NCBI GenBank assembly: GCA_017556745.1
Contig: JAFYMF010000010.1
Location: forward strand, 92,893 to 156,892
Direction: 5' to 3'
DNA from: Clostridia bacterium
GTDB taxonomy: Bacteria > Bacillota > Clostridia > Oscillospirales > CAG-272
Length of the DNA stretch: 64,000 nt
The notes under the pieces were generated by a model. That model was given only the letters and a program-made list of their open reading frames with translations. It ran no database searches and was not told the origin of the DNA. Below, one piece after another: positions 10,080 to 20,544 of the stretch; position 1 is the stretch's first letter; the number at the start of each line of letters is the position of its first letter. Made by a program: the position numbers and the translations under genes.

Positions 10080-10709
10080 CTAAAAAATACAGTAGTAAAG
10101 GAGATGGACTCCTGCGCTTACTGCTGATATTCCAACATTAATGAATGCGATATAAATATATTTTTTCAGCATCCCGCAGGAGACCATTTGTTTGGGTGAA
10201 AATCCTGTACGGCGCAGTTCTGCTGAAAAACGAAAAGATGCTGATGCTGAAAGTGATAGAGCTATAAAAGATAAAATAAAAGCAACCGAAAGTATCAGAA
10301 ACGGTATAATGGTTTCTGAAGAAATATAACCGGATGAAATAGTTATTCCGGCCGCAATCCCTGTAACAACCCCTCTGTAAAAAAGTATAGGCACGAGACC
10401 GATGAGAGGGAACACGCACAGCCCAAAAAGAAAAGTCAAGATAACCAGAATCATGTCTGTACGCATTATTGACAAAAAAGCAGTAAAAACTTCCTCAAAA
10501 GAAGATGCCGGATCATACGACAGATAATTATCAACCGTACTTTTTGCGCCTGGATTTGTACTGAGATCAAACAGTGCACTTGTTGCTGTCCCCACGAGAA
10601 ATGAAAAAACAATAAAACAGATAAACACGAATGTTAAACCTGTGCTTGTTACTGCGGTTCTCGGTGACGGCAGAAAATATTCAGTTGTTTTCTCTTTTAC
10701 AGCATTCAC
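10080..10709 (-). CDS. Stage II sporulation protein M-like membrane protein
   Basis: About 210 aa with multiple TM segments. The central FPLIGLVPILFYRGVVTGIAAG resembles SpoIIM IGLPVIF..KGVVVGFTVG. The start is probably the GTG at 10709, which follows a GAGAGGT RBS; the track starts at the TTG at 10724. Confidence 0.5.
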   Translation of the reverse strand: MNAVKEKTTEYFLPSPRTAVTSTGLTFVFICFIVFSFLVGTATSALFDLSTNPGAKSTVDNYLSYDPASSFEEVFTAFLSIMRTDMILVILTFLFGLCVFPLIGLVPILFYRGVVTGIAAGITISSGYISSETIIPFLILSVAFILSFIALSLSASASFRFSAELRRTGFSPKQMVSCGMLKKYIYIAFINVGISAVSAGVHLLYYCIF

Positions 10710-10786
10710 TTTTATACCTCTCAAAAGAAATAATGTTCTCTCTAAAATTCTATTTAAGAGGTGTCCTTATTATTACTTACAGATGA

Positions 10787-11614
10787 TCAGATACTGTCTC
10801 GAAACTCCTTTGCAAGTTCCTCAGCGCGAATGGTACAACGGTGCATAGCATCCTTGATTCCATCTGAGAACCCGTGTTCTTCCAAAGCGATCATTGCTTT
10901 TTCGGTGGTGCCCCTGGGGGATGTAACCATCTTTATGAGTTCCCCCGGTGTTTTGCCGGATTCTTTTACCATCTGCGCAGAACCGATTACGGTATCGCAT
11001 ATTACTTCAAGTATACCGTCAGGATCTATACCCTCAGAGAGAGCTCCCTCGTAAAGTGCCTCTATCATCTTGTAGATGTATGCAGGTGATGATCCGGTAA
11101 CGGATATTATGGGATTCATTTTGTCTTCGGGGAGAAGAAACGCCGTTCCTCTTGACGCAAACAGTCCGCGTACGGTTTCGAGAGCTTCATCTGAAACCAA
11201 TGCATTGGGACAGAGTGCTGTAACACCGTACCCGACGAGCATGGGGGTGTTTGGCATTGTCCTTACGATTGCAACATTTTTTTCGAGACACTGTTCTATT
11301 GTTTCAGTGGAGATTCCTGCAGCAAGAGAAATAAAGACTTTACCGTCAAGTATAATGCCGGACTCCTTTATTTCTGTGAGAACATCTTTATAGTTCTGCG
11401 GCTTTACTGCAAGAACGATAAAATCAGAAAAATCTACAGCTTCCGTAACGGTGGCGGCTTTTACAAATGAGTAATTACTATATTTTTCGTACTGTGAAGG
11501 GATTTTATCAAAAAGACAAATGTTCTCTGGGTTAAAACTTCCTGCAGCAACTATACCGCCGAGTATAGCACTTGCCATATTTCCAACGCCTACAAAGGCT
11601 ATTTTGTTTTTCAT
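10787..11614 (-). CDS. proC: Pyrroline-5-carboxylate reductase
   Basis: 275 aa with the FVGVGNMASAI NAD(P)-binding N-terminus and a ProC-like C-terminus (SPRGTTEKA). Confidence 0.9.
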   Translation of the reverse strand: MKNKIAFVGVGNMASAILGGIVAAGSFNPENICLFDKIPSQYEKYSNYSFVKAATVTEAVDFSDFIVLAVKPQNYKDVLTEIKESGIILDGKVFISLAAGISTETIEQCLEKNVAIVRTMPNTPMLVGYGVTALCPNALVSDEALETVRGLFASRGTAFLLPEDKMNPIISVTGSSPAYIYKMIEALYEGALSEGIDPDGILEVICDTVIGSAQMVKESGKTPGELIKMVTSPRGTTEKAMIALEEHGFSDGIKDAMHRCTIRAEELAKEFRDSI

Positions 11615-11874
11615 GTGGATGACTCCCTATTGAAAGAAACGATAATTTGGTAACTTTGATTCAGTTTGACTATCTTTCATTATAACACAATATGTTGACT
11701 AAAGCAATTAAAATAATAAAAATATATAGAAATAATTATTCGGTTATAAGAGAGTATTTTACGTAAAACTGCTTGAAAAAAACAGCTTCTTGCGATATAA
11801 TATTATCTGTATAGTTATATATACGTGTATACGTGCATAACGTAATTTCTTCGGCGATGAAACAGGAGGTAATA

Positions 11875-12861
11875 ATGGATATCAAAAAAATTGATGTAGC
11901 CGACATTAATCTCAAAAAGGTCAAGAGAGTTACTTTAATTGCGGTTTTGATTATCATTTTTGTGTGGATAGGTTCAACGTGTTGGTATACTGTAAACGAT
12001 ACTCAGCAGGCGGTTGTTACTACTTTTGGTAAGGTAACCTCTCTTAATTCTGCAGGTATGCATTTTAAGTTACCATTCGGAATACAGAAGGTCGAGAAGG
12101 TTGACGTTAATGTTTTTCGTAAGATTGAGCTTGGTTACAGAAGTTCTTCTGTCGGTACAGGCTATGATACTTATGAGAAAGAAAGTAAGATGATCACCGG
12201 AGACTATAACATAGTAAACGTGGATTTCTTTATCGAATATAAGGTATCAGACCCTGCAAAGTATCTTTATAATTCAGATGCTCCTGAGGATATACTCACA
12301 AATCTTATTCAGAGTCAAATACGAAATGTCATCGGTTCAGAGGAAGTCGATAAAATACTCACAACCGGTAAAAATGAGATACAGACGAGGGTTAAAGAAT
12401 TGGTTGCGGCAGAGCTTGAAGTATACGACATCGGTCTGATGATTACGGATGTCAAGATTCAAGATGCAGAGCCGCCTACTGTGGCTGTAATTGAGGCATT
12501 TAAAGCAGTTGAAACTGCCAAGCAGATCGCAGAAACTGCCGTTAACAAGGCTAAAGCGTATCAAAACGCAGAGCTTCCCAAGGCAAATGCAGAGGCTGAT
12601 AAGCTTATACAGAATGCAGAGTACCTCAAACAGAACAGAATAAATGATGCTACAAAGATGATAGCACGTTTTGAAGCTATGTACAAAGAATACAGCAATA
12701 ACCCCGGTATAACCAAAATCAGAATGTACTATGAAGCGATAAGCGATGTTCTCTCTGGTGTGAAAATATATATCGATTGTTCTGACGGAACAACTCAGAA
12801 GCTTTTACCCATTGATAATTTTGTGCAAGGGACAAGTTCAGTGAATGGAGGTGCAGAATAA
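11875..12861 (+). CDS. hflK: SPFH/band-7 protein, FtsH modulator HflK-like
   Basis: N-terminal TM segment plus an SPFH domain. GGAGG RBS precedes the ATG at 11875. TAATG overlap with the downstream hflC-like gene. Confidence 0.8.
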   Translation: MDIKKIDVADINLKKVKRVTLIAVLIIIFVWIGSTCWYTVNDTQQAVVTTFGKVTSLNSAGMHFKLPFGIQKVEKVDVNVFRKIELGYRSSSVGTGYDTYEKESKMITGDYNIVNVDFFIEYKVSDPAKYLYNSDAPEDILTNLIQSQIRNVIGSEEVDKILTTGKNEIQTRVKELVAAELEVYDIGLMITDVKIQDAEPPTVAVIEAFKAVETAKQIAETAVNKAKAYQNAELPKANAEADKLIQNAEYLKQNRINDATKMIARFEAMYKEYSNNPGITKIRMYYEAISDVLSGVKIYIDCSDGTTQKLLPIDNFVQGTSSVNGGAE

Positions 12862-13760
12862 TGAAAAAGGCAGTAACATTGTTTTTTGTTGCTATTGTTG
12901 CTCTCGTTTTAGTTGTTTGTGCATTCTCATCTTTTTACTCGGTTGCCGAAAATGAATATGCTTGTGTTCTCAGATTTTCAAAGGTTATTAATACTGTTGA
13001 TGAGGCCGGAATTCATTTTAAACTTCCGTTTATCGATTCCGTGCGAGTTCTTCCTCGTACGATACAACACTATGATATTCCTCCGTCAGAGGTACTTACT
13101 GCCGATAAGAAAAATATGACTGTTGACAGTTATGTTCTTTGGTCGATTGAGGATCCGCTGACCTTTATCAAAACTCTTGGATCGATCGGTGAGGCGGAAA
13201 AGCGTCTTGATGCAGTTGCATATAACTCTCTCAAGAATGTTATGGGTACTCTTGAACAGAACAAGATCATAAATCAGGACGATGGCGGTGAACGCAACGA
13301 GATTTATAAACAGATTACCGATGGTGTTTCTGAAGTTGCCGTAGCATACGGTATCGAGATCGTTGATGTTAAGGTAAAAAGACTTGATTTGCCCGAAGAT
13401 AACGAGGACGCCGTATACAACCGTATGATTTCCGAAAGAAATCAGATGGCAGAGAAGTACCGTGCAGACGGTGAGCTTGAAGCATCTAAGATAACAAATG
13501 ATGTTGACAGAGAAGTGAATATCATAGTTTCCAATGCATCTGCTACTGCCGCACAGCTTGAGGCTGAGGGTGAGCAGGAATATATGAGACTTATTGCGGA
13601 AGCTTTTAACACCGACGATAAAAAAGAGTTCTATGAGTTTATTATAGCGCTTGATGCACTGAAGAAATCTCTTTCCGGTGGAGCGACGACAGTTATACTC
13701 GGTCAGGATTCCGCTCTTGCAAGTATTCTTACCGGCCCTAATTTTAATATTGGTGGGTGA
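12861..13760 (+). CDS. hflC: SPFH/band-7 protein, HflC-like
   Basis: N-terminal TM segment plus an SPFH domain, paired with the hflK-like gene. Confidence 0.8.
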   Translation: MKKAVTLFFVAIVALVLVVCAFSSFYSVAENEYACVLRFSKVINTVDEAGIHFKLPFIDSVRVLPRTIQHYDIPPSEVLTADKKNMTVDSYVLWSIEDPLTFIKTLGSIGEAEKRLDAVAYNSLKNVMGTLEQNKIINQDDGGERNEIYKQITDGVSEVAVAYGIEIVDVKVKRLDLPEDNEDAVYNRMISERNQMAEKYRADGELEASKITNDVDREVNIIVSNASATAAQLEAEGEQEYMRLIAEAFNTDDKKEFYEFIIALDALKKSLSGGATTVILGQDSALASILTGPNFNIGG

Positions 13761-14365
13761 CAGTCTTGTTGACAGACGAGAAAATACACGGTTTTTTTAG
13801 TCCAATGCCGCGTATAGTTACAGAAAGACTGGTTTTCAGACCGCTTAAACGAAGTGACTACAGCGATATGTATGAGTATTCATCAAGGGAAGAGGTAACG
13901 AGGTATCTTCTTTGGAATCCCCATTCAGATGCAGGTTATACCTATGACTATCTCAAATATGTTGAGAAAAAATACAAAGAAAATGATTTCTTTGACTGGG
14001 CGCTTGAGCTCAGAGATACAGGAAAGATGATAGGTACCTGCGGCTTTAATTACTTTGATAAGCATAATAATTCAGCGGAGATAGGTTATGTTATTAACCC
14101 CGCATACTGGAATATGGGATATGCTACCGAAGCGGTAGGTACTATCATACGGCTTGGTTTTATAGAGCTTGATCTTAACCGTATCGAGGCGCGTCATATG
14201 ATAGGCAACGATTCAAGCGGACGTGTTATGGAAAAATGCGGTATGTCTCACGAGGGGATATTACGCTCTGCAATATATGTTAACGGTGAATATAAAACTG
14301 TTTCGGTTTATTCTATTCTTTACCGTGACTATATTAAGACACAGATGGCCGGCAAAGGGAATTAA
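13757..14365 (+). CDS. GNAT family N-acetyltransferase (RimJ/RimL-like)
   Basis: TERLVFRPL ... GTCGF ... IGYVINPAYWNMGYATEA ... RVMEKCGM pattern. The start is ambiguous: GTG at 13757 or ATG at 13805. Confidence 0.8.
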   Translation: MTVLLTDEKIHGFFSPMPRIVTERLVFRPLKRSDYSDMYEYSSREEVTRYLLWNPHSDAGYTYDYLKYVEKKYKENDFFDWALELRDTGKMIGTCGFNYFDKHNNSAEIGYVINPAYWNMGYATEAVGTIIRLGFIELDLNRIEARHMIGNDSSGRVMEKCGMSHEGILRSAIYVNGEYKTVSVYSILYRDYIKTQMAGKGN

Positions 14366-14426
14366 GGGAAATGTCTTACTCGAAACGTAGACTATCGAAG
14401 CCAATGTGACGGATAAATATTTTTAA

Positions 14427-14460
14427 AATCAAGAGAGGCCGTGAAACATCCGACCTCCTA
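14427..14460 (+). promoter_or_regulatory. Candidate PyrR-binding hairpin in the pyrB leader
   Basis: AAUCAAGAGAGGCC resembles the PyrR recognition motif UCCAGAGAGGCU, within the hairpin GAGGCCG-N9-CGACCUC. No strong downstream terminator was seen. Confidence 0.35.
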
Positions 14461-14551
14461 AAAACCTATAAAGAACAATTCAAAATGTACTGAGGAACTT
14501 TGCCGTTTGTTTTTATACGGTATGACCCCAGGTGGAAAAGGAAGGAAAAAA

Positions 14552-15625
14552 ATGAAAGCAAGACACCTGATCGATTCACGCGATTACTCCGTTGAAGAAA
14601 TAAAAGAACTTTGTGCATCTGCAGCTCAGATCAAAAATAATCTTGATGACTACAGCGATGCCTGCAGAACTAAAATAATGGCAACACTTTTCTATGAGCC
14701 CAGTACAAGAACTCAGCTGTCATTCCAAACCGCTATGCTCAGACTTGGCGGTAAGGTAATTGGATTTTCAGATGCATCAAGCTCTTCTGTTTCAAAGGGT
14801 GAGAGCTTGAGAGATACTGTAAAGATCGTATCCGGCTACTCTGATATTACGGTTATTCGTCATCCTGTTGAGGGTGCAGCTTATGCGGCTTCTCTTTATA
14901 GCCGTACTCCTGTTATAAATGCCGGTGACGGTGGACATCAGCATCCTACACAGACTCTTACAGACCTTTTCACAATATCTCTCAGTAAGGGATCTCCGGA
15001 CGGCCTTACCGTAGGCCTTTGCGGTGACCTTCTTAACGGAAGAACTGTTCATTCACTTATAAATGTTCTTCTCAGATATTCTGTTAAGGAAATAATTTTG
15101 ATATCAACAGAGGAGCTTAAGATTCCTGAATATCTTAAAGCTCAGATCGTAATGAAGGGAATAAAGTATACCGAGACAGGAGATCTTGAAGAGGTTATTC
15201 CTTATCTGGATGTTCTGTACATGACCAGAATACAGAAGGAACGCTTCCGTAGTGTAGAGCAGTACGAACAGCAATCAGGTGTATTTGTTCTTACCAAGAA
15301 GAAACTTGAAAGAGCTAAAAAGGATCTTCTCATTCTTCATCCACTTCCTAAAGTTGATGAGATCGATTATGATGTTGATGATGATCCTCGCGCTATGTAC
15401 TTTGAACAGGCTGAGAACGGTATGTACATACGTATGGCGCTTGTCCTTGAACTTCTCAAGAACAAAAAGAATAGCGGACATCCTGTATACGAGGCTGCAG
15501 GACACAGATACTGTACTAACCCTCGTTGTATTTCAAATCACGAAAAATATCTTCCCAAGCTTACATATAACGAAGAAACTGTGGAAAAGACCCATTGTGT
15601 TTACTGTGATGCAGTAATTCAGTAA
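14552..15625 (+). CDS. pyrB: Aspartate carbamoyltransferase catalytic chain with a C-terminal PyrI-type zinc-domain extension
   Basis: STRTQLSF, HPTQ and the HPLP(K) region are typical of PyrB. The last ~45 aa, CTNPRCISNHEKY...HCVYCD, match the CxNxxCI(S/T)...CxYC zinc domain of the regulatory chain. Confidence 0.9.
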   Translation: MKARHLIDSRDYSVEEIKELCASAAQIKNNLDDYSDACRTKIMATLFYEPSTRTQLSFQTAMLRLGGKVIGFSDASSSSVSKGESLRDTVKIVSGYSDITVIRHPVEGAAYAASLYSRTPVINAGDGGHQHPTQTLTDLFTISLSKGSPDGLTVGLCGDLLNGRTVHSLINVLLRYSVKEIILISTEELKIPEYLKAQIVMKGIKYTETGDLEEVIPYLDVLYMTRIQKERFRSVEQYEQQSGVFVLTKKKLERAKKDLLILHPLPKVDEIDYDVDDDPRAMYFEQAENGMYIRMALVLELLKNKKNSGHPVYEAAGHRYCTNPRCISNHEKYLPKLTYNEETVEKTHCVYCDAVIQ

Positions 15626-15633
15626 AAAACATA

Positions 15634-16440
15634 ATGAAAGCAAAAAACAGCTTTATAGTCGCGACATTTAATCTGCGTAGAGACTGTTATTCTGATGGTA
15701 AAAGACGTTGGAAACACAGAATAGATGCCGTCATATCGATAATTCGCAGTATAGGTGCTGACGTTATTGGTGTTCAGGAGCTTACTCCTAAAATGAAAAA
15801 GGATATCGAGTCACTTTTACCGGAATATCTTTTCGTTGGACGCCCCAGATGTGCTGGATTGTTTTCAGAACATAATGATATCCTTGTAAGGCGAGAAAAG
15901 TTTTCTGTTGTATCTGAGGAGACATTTTGGCTTTCCGACAAACCCGATAAATTCGGAAGTCGTCTTTTTGGTGTACTTTATCCACGCATTTGTACTTGTG
16001 TCAATCTTAAAGATACTGATGGTGGATGTGTAAATGTGCTCAATACACACTATGATCACAGATCATCAAGATCAAGAGTTTTTTCTTCCTGCCTCATAAA
16101 AGATACTCTTGACAGAACAGAAACTGTTACACCAACCGTTGTTATGGGGGATTTGAATTCGTCTCCCGACAGTAATCCTCTCAAGGTTCTTTTCAGTAGG
16201 GGACGTACGATGCTTCGGGACGCAGTGCTTGAAGGGATGGAAAAACTTGGAGACAAAATTGAGAACAAGTATTTTACCTTTCATTTGTTCAAAGGTAAAT
16301 CCGCAAAACGAGGAAGCGTTCTTGATTATATTCTCGTAAGCCCTGAAATCGGTGTCGAAAACGCCTTTCCTGCTGAAGAGTCTGTAAACGGTGTTTTTCC
16401 CTCAGATCATTTTCCTCTCATTGCAGAGTTAACTTACTGA
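15634..16440 (+). CDS. Endonuclease/exonuclease/phosphatase (EEP) family protein
   Basis: 268 aa with FNLR ... GVQE ... GDLNS ... SDHFP motifs. Confidence 0.75.
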   Translation: MKAKNSFIVATFNLRRDCYSDGKRRWKHRIDAVISIIRSIGADVIGVQELTPKMKKDIESLLPEYLFVGRPRCAGLFSEHNDILVRREKFSVVSEETFWLSDKPDKFGSRLFGVLYPRICTCVNLKDTDGGCVNVLNTHYDHRSSRSRVFSSCLIKDTLDRTETVTPTVVMGDLNSSPDSNPLKVLFSRGRTMLRDAVLEGMEKLGDKIENKYFTFHLFKGKSAKRGSVLDYILVSPEIGVENAFPAEESVNGVFPSDHFPLIAELTY

Positions 16441-16500
16441 GAAGTATATTTTGAAGTATAAAAATGTTATTTTAACATTGTAAAATTACGGAGACTAATT

Positions 16501-17859
16501 ATGAATATAATTGTTGCGGGACTCGGAAAGGTTGGCCTTGAAGTAGTTGAACAGCTTTCTTCAGAGGGGCATTCCGTCACGGTAATAGATATTGATGCGA
16601 AAAAAGTTGATGTGGCAGTCGGATCACACGATATAGGCGGTGTTGTAGGAAGTGCTACAGATTACAGAGTGTTGCTCGAAGCCAATATCGGAGAGGCTGA
16701 ACTTCTTATTGCGCTCACCGGTAATGATGAGATAAATCTGACAACATGTCTTCTCAGTAAAAAACTGGGCGCAAAAAGTACTATAGCCAGAGCAAGAAAT
16801 CCTGAATATAGGGATGGTATATATATCATACGTGATGATCTTGGTCTCTCTATGTGTATAAACCCGGAAATGGAAACGGCAAGAGAAATTGCAAGAGTTT
16901 TAAAATTCCCCCTTGCAAAAAATGTTGAGCCGTTTGCGAAAGGTAAAATAGAGATGATTCAGTATGTCGTTAAGTCTTCTGATTCATTATGTGGCAGAAC
17001 AGTTAATTCTGTTTTCTCAAAGTTAAAAAACCCTGTGCTTGTTTGTGCGGTTGAGAGAAAAGATCGTGTCATTATTCCTTACGGTGACTTTGTTTTTGAT
17101 GAAGGTGATGAGCTAATGCTCATATCATCTCCTGAGAAATTGGGTGCTTTCTTCAGAGAAGTCGGGATTAAAACTACTACCGTACGCGATATAATAATAA
17201 TCGGAGGCGGACGTACATCGTACTATCTTGCTGAACAGCTTAGTAAAGAGCGTCTTAACATCACGATAATCGAGATCGACAGAGCTGTTGCTGAGGAAAT
17301 ATCCGATCTCTTGCCGAATGTTAACGTTATTTGCGGTGATGGTACCGATCAGCAGATACTTGCTGAGGAAGGACTCAGAGAAAAAGATGCTCTTTGCTGT
17401 ATGACCGGAATCGATGAAGAAAATATAATTGCTTCTTTATATGCTAATAACGTATGTGAAGATATAAAGACGATTACTAAGGTTAGCCGTGCTGAACTGA
17501 CATATCTTGGACGTTCACTTGGCCTTGACAGTATCGTTACTCCCAAGAAGATTGCTGCTAATCTTATTCTACAGTATGTAAGAGCTAAACAGAATTCGGA
17601 AGGGAGTAATGTTCTTACTCTCTATAAGCTTGCAGGCGATAAGGCGGAGGCACTGGAGCTTGCAGTAAATGAGGATAGTAGTCTTATAGGTGTTCCACTT
17701 AAAGACCTTAATACTTCAAGCGATGTCATTCTTGCCAGCATAAACAGACAGGGAACAATTATTATTCCGCGAGGTTCCGATGCTCTTAAGGCAGGCGATA
17801 CAGTAATTGTAGTTACTACCCGCTTAGGTCTCGATAATTTGGAGGATATTAGGGGGTAG
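16501..17859 (+). CDS. trkA: Trk potassium uptake system NAD-binding subunit
   Basis: 452 aa with two tandem RCK/Rossmann modules (GLGKVG, GGGRTS). Confidence 0.9.
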   Translation: MNIIVAGLGKVGLEVVEQLSSEGHSVTVIDIDAKKVDVAVGSHDIGGVVGSATDYRVLLEANIGEAELLIALTGNDEINLTTCLLSKKLGAKSTIARARNPEYRDGIYIIRDDLGLSMCINPEMETAREIARVLKFPLAKNVEPFAKGKIEMIQYVVKSSDSLCGRTVNSVFSKLKNPVLVCAVERKDRVIIPYGDFVFDEGDELMLISSPEKLGAFFREVGIKTTTVRDIIIIGGGRTSYYLAEQLSKERLNITIIEIDRAVAEEISDLLPNVNVICGDGTDQQILAEEGLREKDALCCMTGIDEENIIASLYANNVCEDIKTITKVSRAELTYLGRSLGLDSIVTPKKIAANLILQYVRAKQNSEGSNVLTLYKLAGDKAEALELAVNEDSSLIGVPLKDLNTSSDVILASINRQGTIIIPRGSDALKAGDTVIVVTTRLGLDNLEDIRG

Positions 17860-17862
17860 AAT

Positions 17863-19302
17863 ATGAATAGACGAATGATAGTTTATTCTCTTGGTTTGCT
17901 GTTGTTACTTGAAGGTATACTTATGCTTTTTCCTTCGCTTGTAGCTTTTATATACCGTGAGAATATACTTAAATATTATCTGGCCACCGCAATTGTTCTC
18001 GTGGCTATCGGATTGCTTTTACGTTGCGTAAAAACCAAGGACAGAATGATATTTTCTCGAGAAGGACTTATAACGGTTGCTCTTGGTTGGATAGTAATGA
18101 GTTTGTTCGGCGCCATACCGTTTACACTGTCAGGCGAATTTCCGACTTACGTGGATGCGTTTTTTGAAATGGTATCAGGATTTACAACTACCGGTGCAAC
18201 TGTTTTGTCTGACGTAGAAGCTCTTAGTCATGCATCATTGTTTTGGAGATGCTTCTCCCATTGGATTGGCGGTATGGGAGTCCTTGTGTTTGTTATTGCT
18301 ACTGTAAAGCTTGCAAGTGGGGGAGGAAACATTTATCTTCTCCGTGCGGAAAGCTCAGGGTCCGAGGTATCAAAACTTGTTCCCAGTTCGAAAGGCACTG
18401 CCAAGATTCTTTATATTATATATGTGTCTATGTCTGCGGCAGAGTTTATAATCTTACTTTTTTGCGGAATGGATGCTTTTGAATCTATAACAATGACTTT
18501 TGCGAATGCAGGTACCGGTGGTTTTGGTATTTACAATGACTCCTTTGCGAGCTTTAGTGTTGCAGCACAGATTGTTGTGGCGGTGTTTATGGCTTTGTTC
18601 GGGGTAAATTTCGGTTGTTATTACCTTATTATTGTTCGAAGATTCAAAGAATTTTTTAAAAACGAAGAGCTTAGAGTATATGTAATTATAATGCTCGCAG
18701 CTTCTGTGGCTATAGCTATAAATATTGTTAACATGTGTTCTAGTGTCGGAGAGGCATTCCGAGGAGCTTTTTTTCAGGTTTCCAGTGTTATGACATCGAC
18801 CGGATTTTCTACCATGGATTTTAATCTGTGGCCTGAATTTTCAAGAATAATAATGATGGTTGTAATGTGTATCGGTGCGTGCGGAGGAAGTACCGGCGGT
18901 GGTCTTAAGGTATCCAGATTTATTCTTCTAGGTAAAATTGCAATAAGAGAAATACGTCGCGTTGCTAAGCCAAATGCTGTAAGCACTGTAAGATTTAACG
19001 GTAAGACAGTAAGTGAAAGTATGGTTAATAATATTTCCTCATATTTTATTCTGTATGTTATCGTTATTATTGTTTCAATTGTTTTGATTTCATTTAATGG
19101 ATTAGATACTGTGAGCAATGTTACCGGAGTTATTACATGTGTTAATAACATTGGCCCCGGGCTTGGAGACGTTGGTCCTTCCGGAAATTTTGGAAGCTAC
19201 AGTCTTTTTTCAAAACTTGTTTTTTCGTTGGATATGCTGTTTGGACGTCTTGAGCTGTTCCCGCTATTTGTTCTCTTTTCGCCGAGAACATGGAGAAAAT
19301 GA
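17863..19302 (+). CDS. trkH: TrkH family potassium transporter
   Basis: 479-aa polytopic ORF with repeated selectivity-filter-like (S/T)GFxT motifs (SGFTTTG, TSTGFST), adjacent to trkA. Confidence 0.9.
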   Translation: MNRRMIVYSLGLLLLLEGILMLFPSLVAFIYRENILKYYLATAIVLVAIGLLLRCVKTKDRMIFSREGLITVALGWIVMSLFGAIPFTLSGEFPTYVDAFFEMVSGFTTTGATVLSDVEALSHASLFWRCFSHWIGGMGVLVFVIATVKLASGGGNIYLLRAESSGSEVSKLVPSSKGTAKILYIIYVSMSAAEFIILLFCGMDAFESITMTFANAGTGGFGIYNDSFASFSVAAQIVVAVFMALFGVNFGCYYLIIVRRFKEFFKNEELRVYVIIMLAASVAIAINIVNMCSSVGEAFRGAFFQVSSVMTSTGFSTMDFNLWPEFSRIIMMVVMCIGACGGSTGGGLKVSRFILLGKIAIREIRRVAKPNAVSTVRFNGKTVSESMVNNISSYFILYVIVIIVSIVLISFNGLDTVSNVTGVITCVNNIGPGLGDVGPSGNFGSYSLFSKLVFSLDMLFGRLELFPLFVLFSPRTWRK

Positions 19303-19371
19303 AAATATCTTTAATTTTTGTTTAGCTACACATGCTTTGATGTACTTGTGATTTTTGATGGAGGTTGTGAT

Positions 19372-20022
19372 ATGCCGCATAACGAACGGTATTTATCTTT
19401 TCATTGTCCTCGATGGGGGGAGCTTCCTGAGCTTGAGCTTTATATGGATCAGGTTCTCTTTGTTCTTGAGAAGAATCTTCATTTGTTTGGTGAATCCGTG
19501 GACGATGAAAACAAAAAGGAAGATGATGATTCCAAGAATATGACTGTTATTACTCAAACAATGGTTAATAACTATGTCAAAAATAAGCTTATTCCTCCTC
19601 CGGAAAAAAAGAAATATTCACGGCTTCATCTTGCATATCTTCACATTATTTGTTTTGGCAAGAGAATTCTTTCAATGACAGAGATCAAGTCGGTGCTTGA
19701 CATACTTACCGGTGCTTATACTCCGGAAGAAGCATATGATCTTTTCTGTGATGAGATTGAACACGCACTCAAGTACACATTCGGTGGTGAGTCACCTGTA
19801 AATGCGGACGAGTCTTTAGAGGGAGCTCGCAGAGTTTTGTCTGCGTTTGCAAAAGCATTTTCATATAAGATATACGCTCAAAATGCTATCAATGAGATAA
19901 AACCCGAAGAAATGGAAGAAACTGTGAAATCAAAAGAAAAAAATAAAGACAAAGATAAAAATAAAGAGAAGAACAAGGAAAAAGAAAAGGACAATAGCAA
20001 ACAAAAAAACTCTGCCGAATAG
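19372..20022 (+). CDS. DUF1836-like protein with a K/E/N-rich tail
   Basis: YMDQVLFVLEK ... MVNNYVKNKLIPPPEKKKYSRLHLAYL pattern. GGAGG RBS precedes the ATG at 19372. Confidence 0.55.
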   Translation: MPHNERYLSFHCPRWGELPELELYMDQVLFVLEKNLHLFGESVDDENKKEDDDSKNMTVITQTMVNNYVKNKLIPPPEKKKYSRLHLAYLHIICFGKRILSMTEIKSVLDILTGAYTPEEAYDLFCDEIEHALKYTFGGESPVNADESLEGARRVLSAFAKAFSYKIYAQNAINEIKPEEMEETVKSKEKNKDKDKNKEKNKEKEKDNSKQKNSAE

Positions 20023-20053
20023 TATTGACAGAGCTTTTGATTGTTTTATTTAG

Positions 20054-20350
20054 TTATACCAGAGCAATGCTTTCCTCATCAATTGCATCAGCTTCTGCAA
20101 GGGCGTTTTCATACGCTTCGAGCACGGACTTTTCGAGCATGCTTCTGAAGTCTGCGTTTATCGGATGAACGATATCGCGATAGGTAGCATCGGGATTTTT
20201 TCTGCTGGGCATTACTATAAACAATTTATCGCGTGTGTTGATAACTTTTATATCGTGAACTGCCAGCTGATCGTCAAAAGTTACAGACACAATGGCTTTC
20301 ATTGGTCCATCACTAAACATCTTTCGAATTTTGATATCGGTTATTGTCAA
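20054..20350 (-). CDS. spoVG: Septation/sporulation regulator SpoVG
   Basis: 98 aa; MTITDIKIRKM...AIVSVTFDDQLAVHDIKVI is the canonical SpoVG N-terminus. Confidence 0.9.
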   Translation of the reverse strand: MTITDIKIRKMFSDGPMKAIVSVTFDDQLAVHDIKVINTRDKLFIVMPSRKNPDATYRDIVHPINADFRSMLEKSVLEAYENALAEADAIDEESIALV

Positions 20351-20544
20351 TTTGATTCCCTCCCAATCAAAGTTGTCCGAAAAAGCATTGCTTTATTCAT
20401 TTCCTTGCAGAATATATTCTATAACTTTATTGTGAAAATTATACCCACGTTAATGTGTTTTTTTCTTGATTATTTTTTGATAAAAAGCATAAACATTTAA
20501 GTAGTCTAAAAAAGATAACAATTTATCGGAAAGGTGAGATTGTT

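Noticed and set aside
19900-20015. Purine-rich imperfect repeats (aaagaNaaa...) at the 3' end of the DUF1836 gene
   Set aside because: They encode an in-frame K/E/N/D low-complexity tail (KSKEKNKDKDKNKEKNKEKEKDN). This is a compositional feature of the protein, not a separate repeat element.
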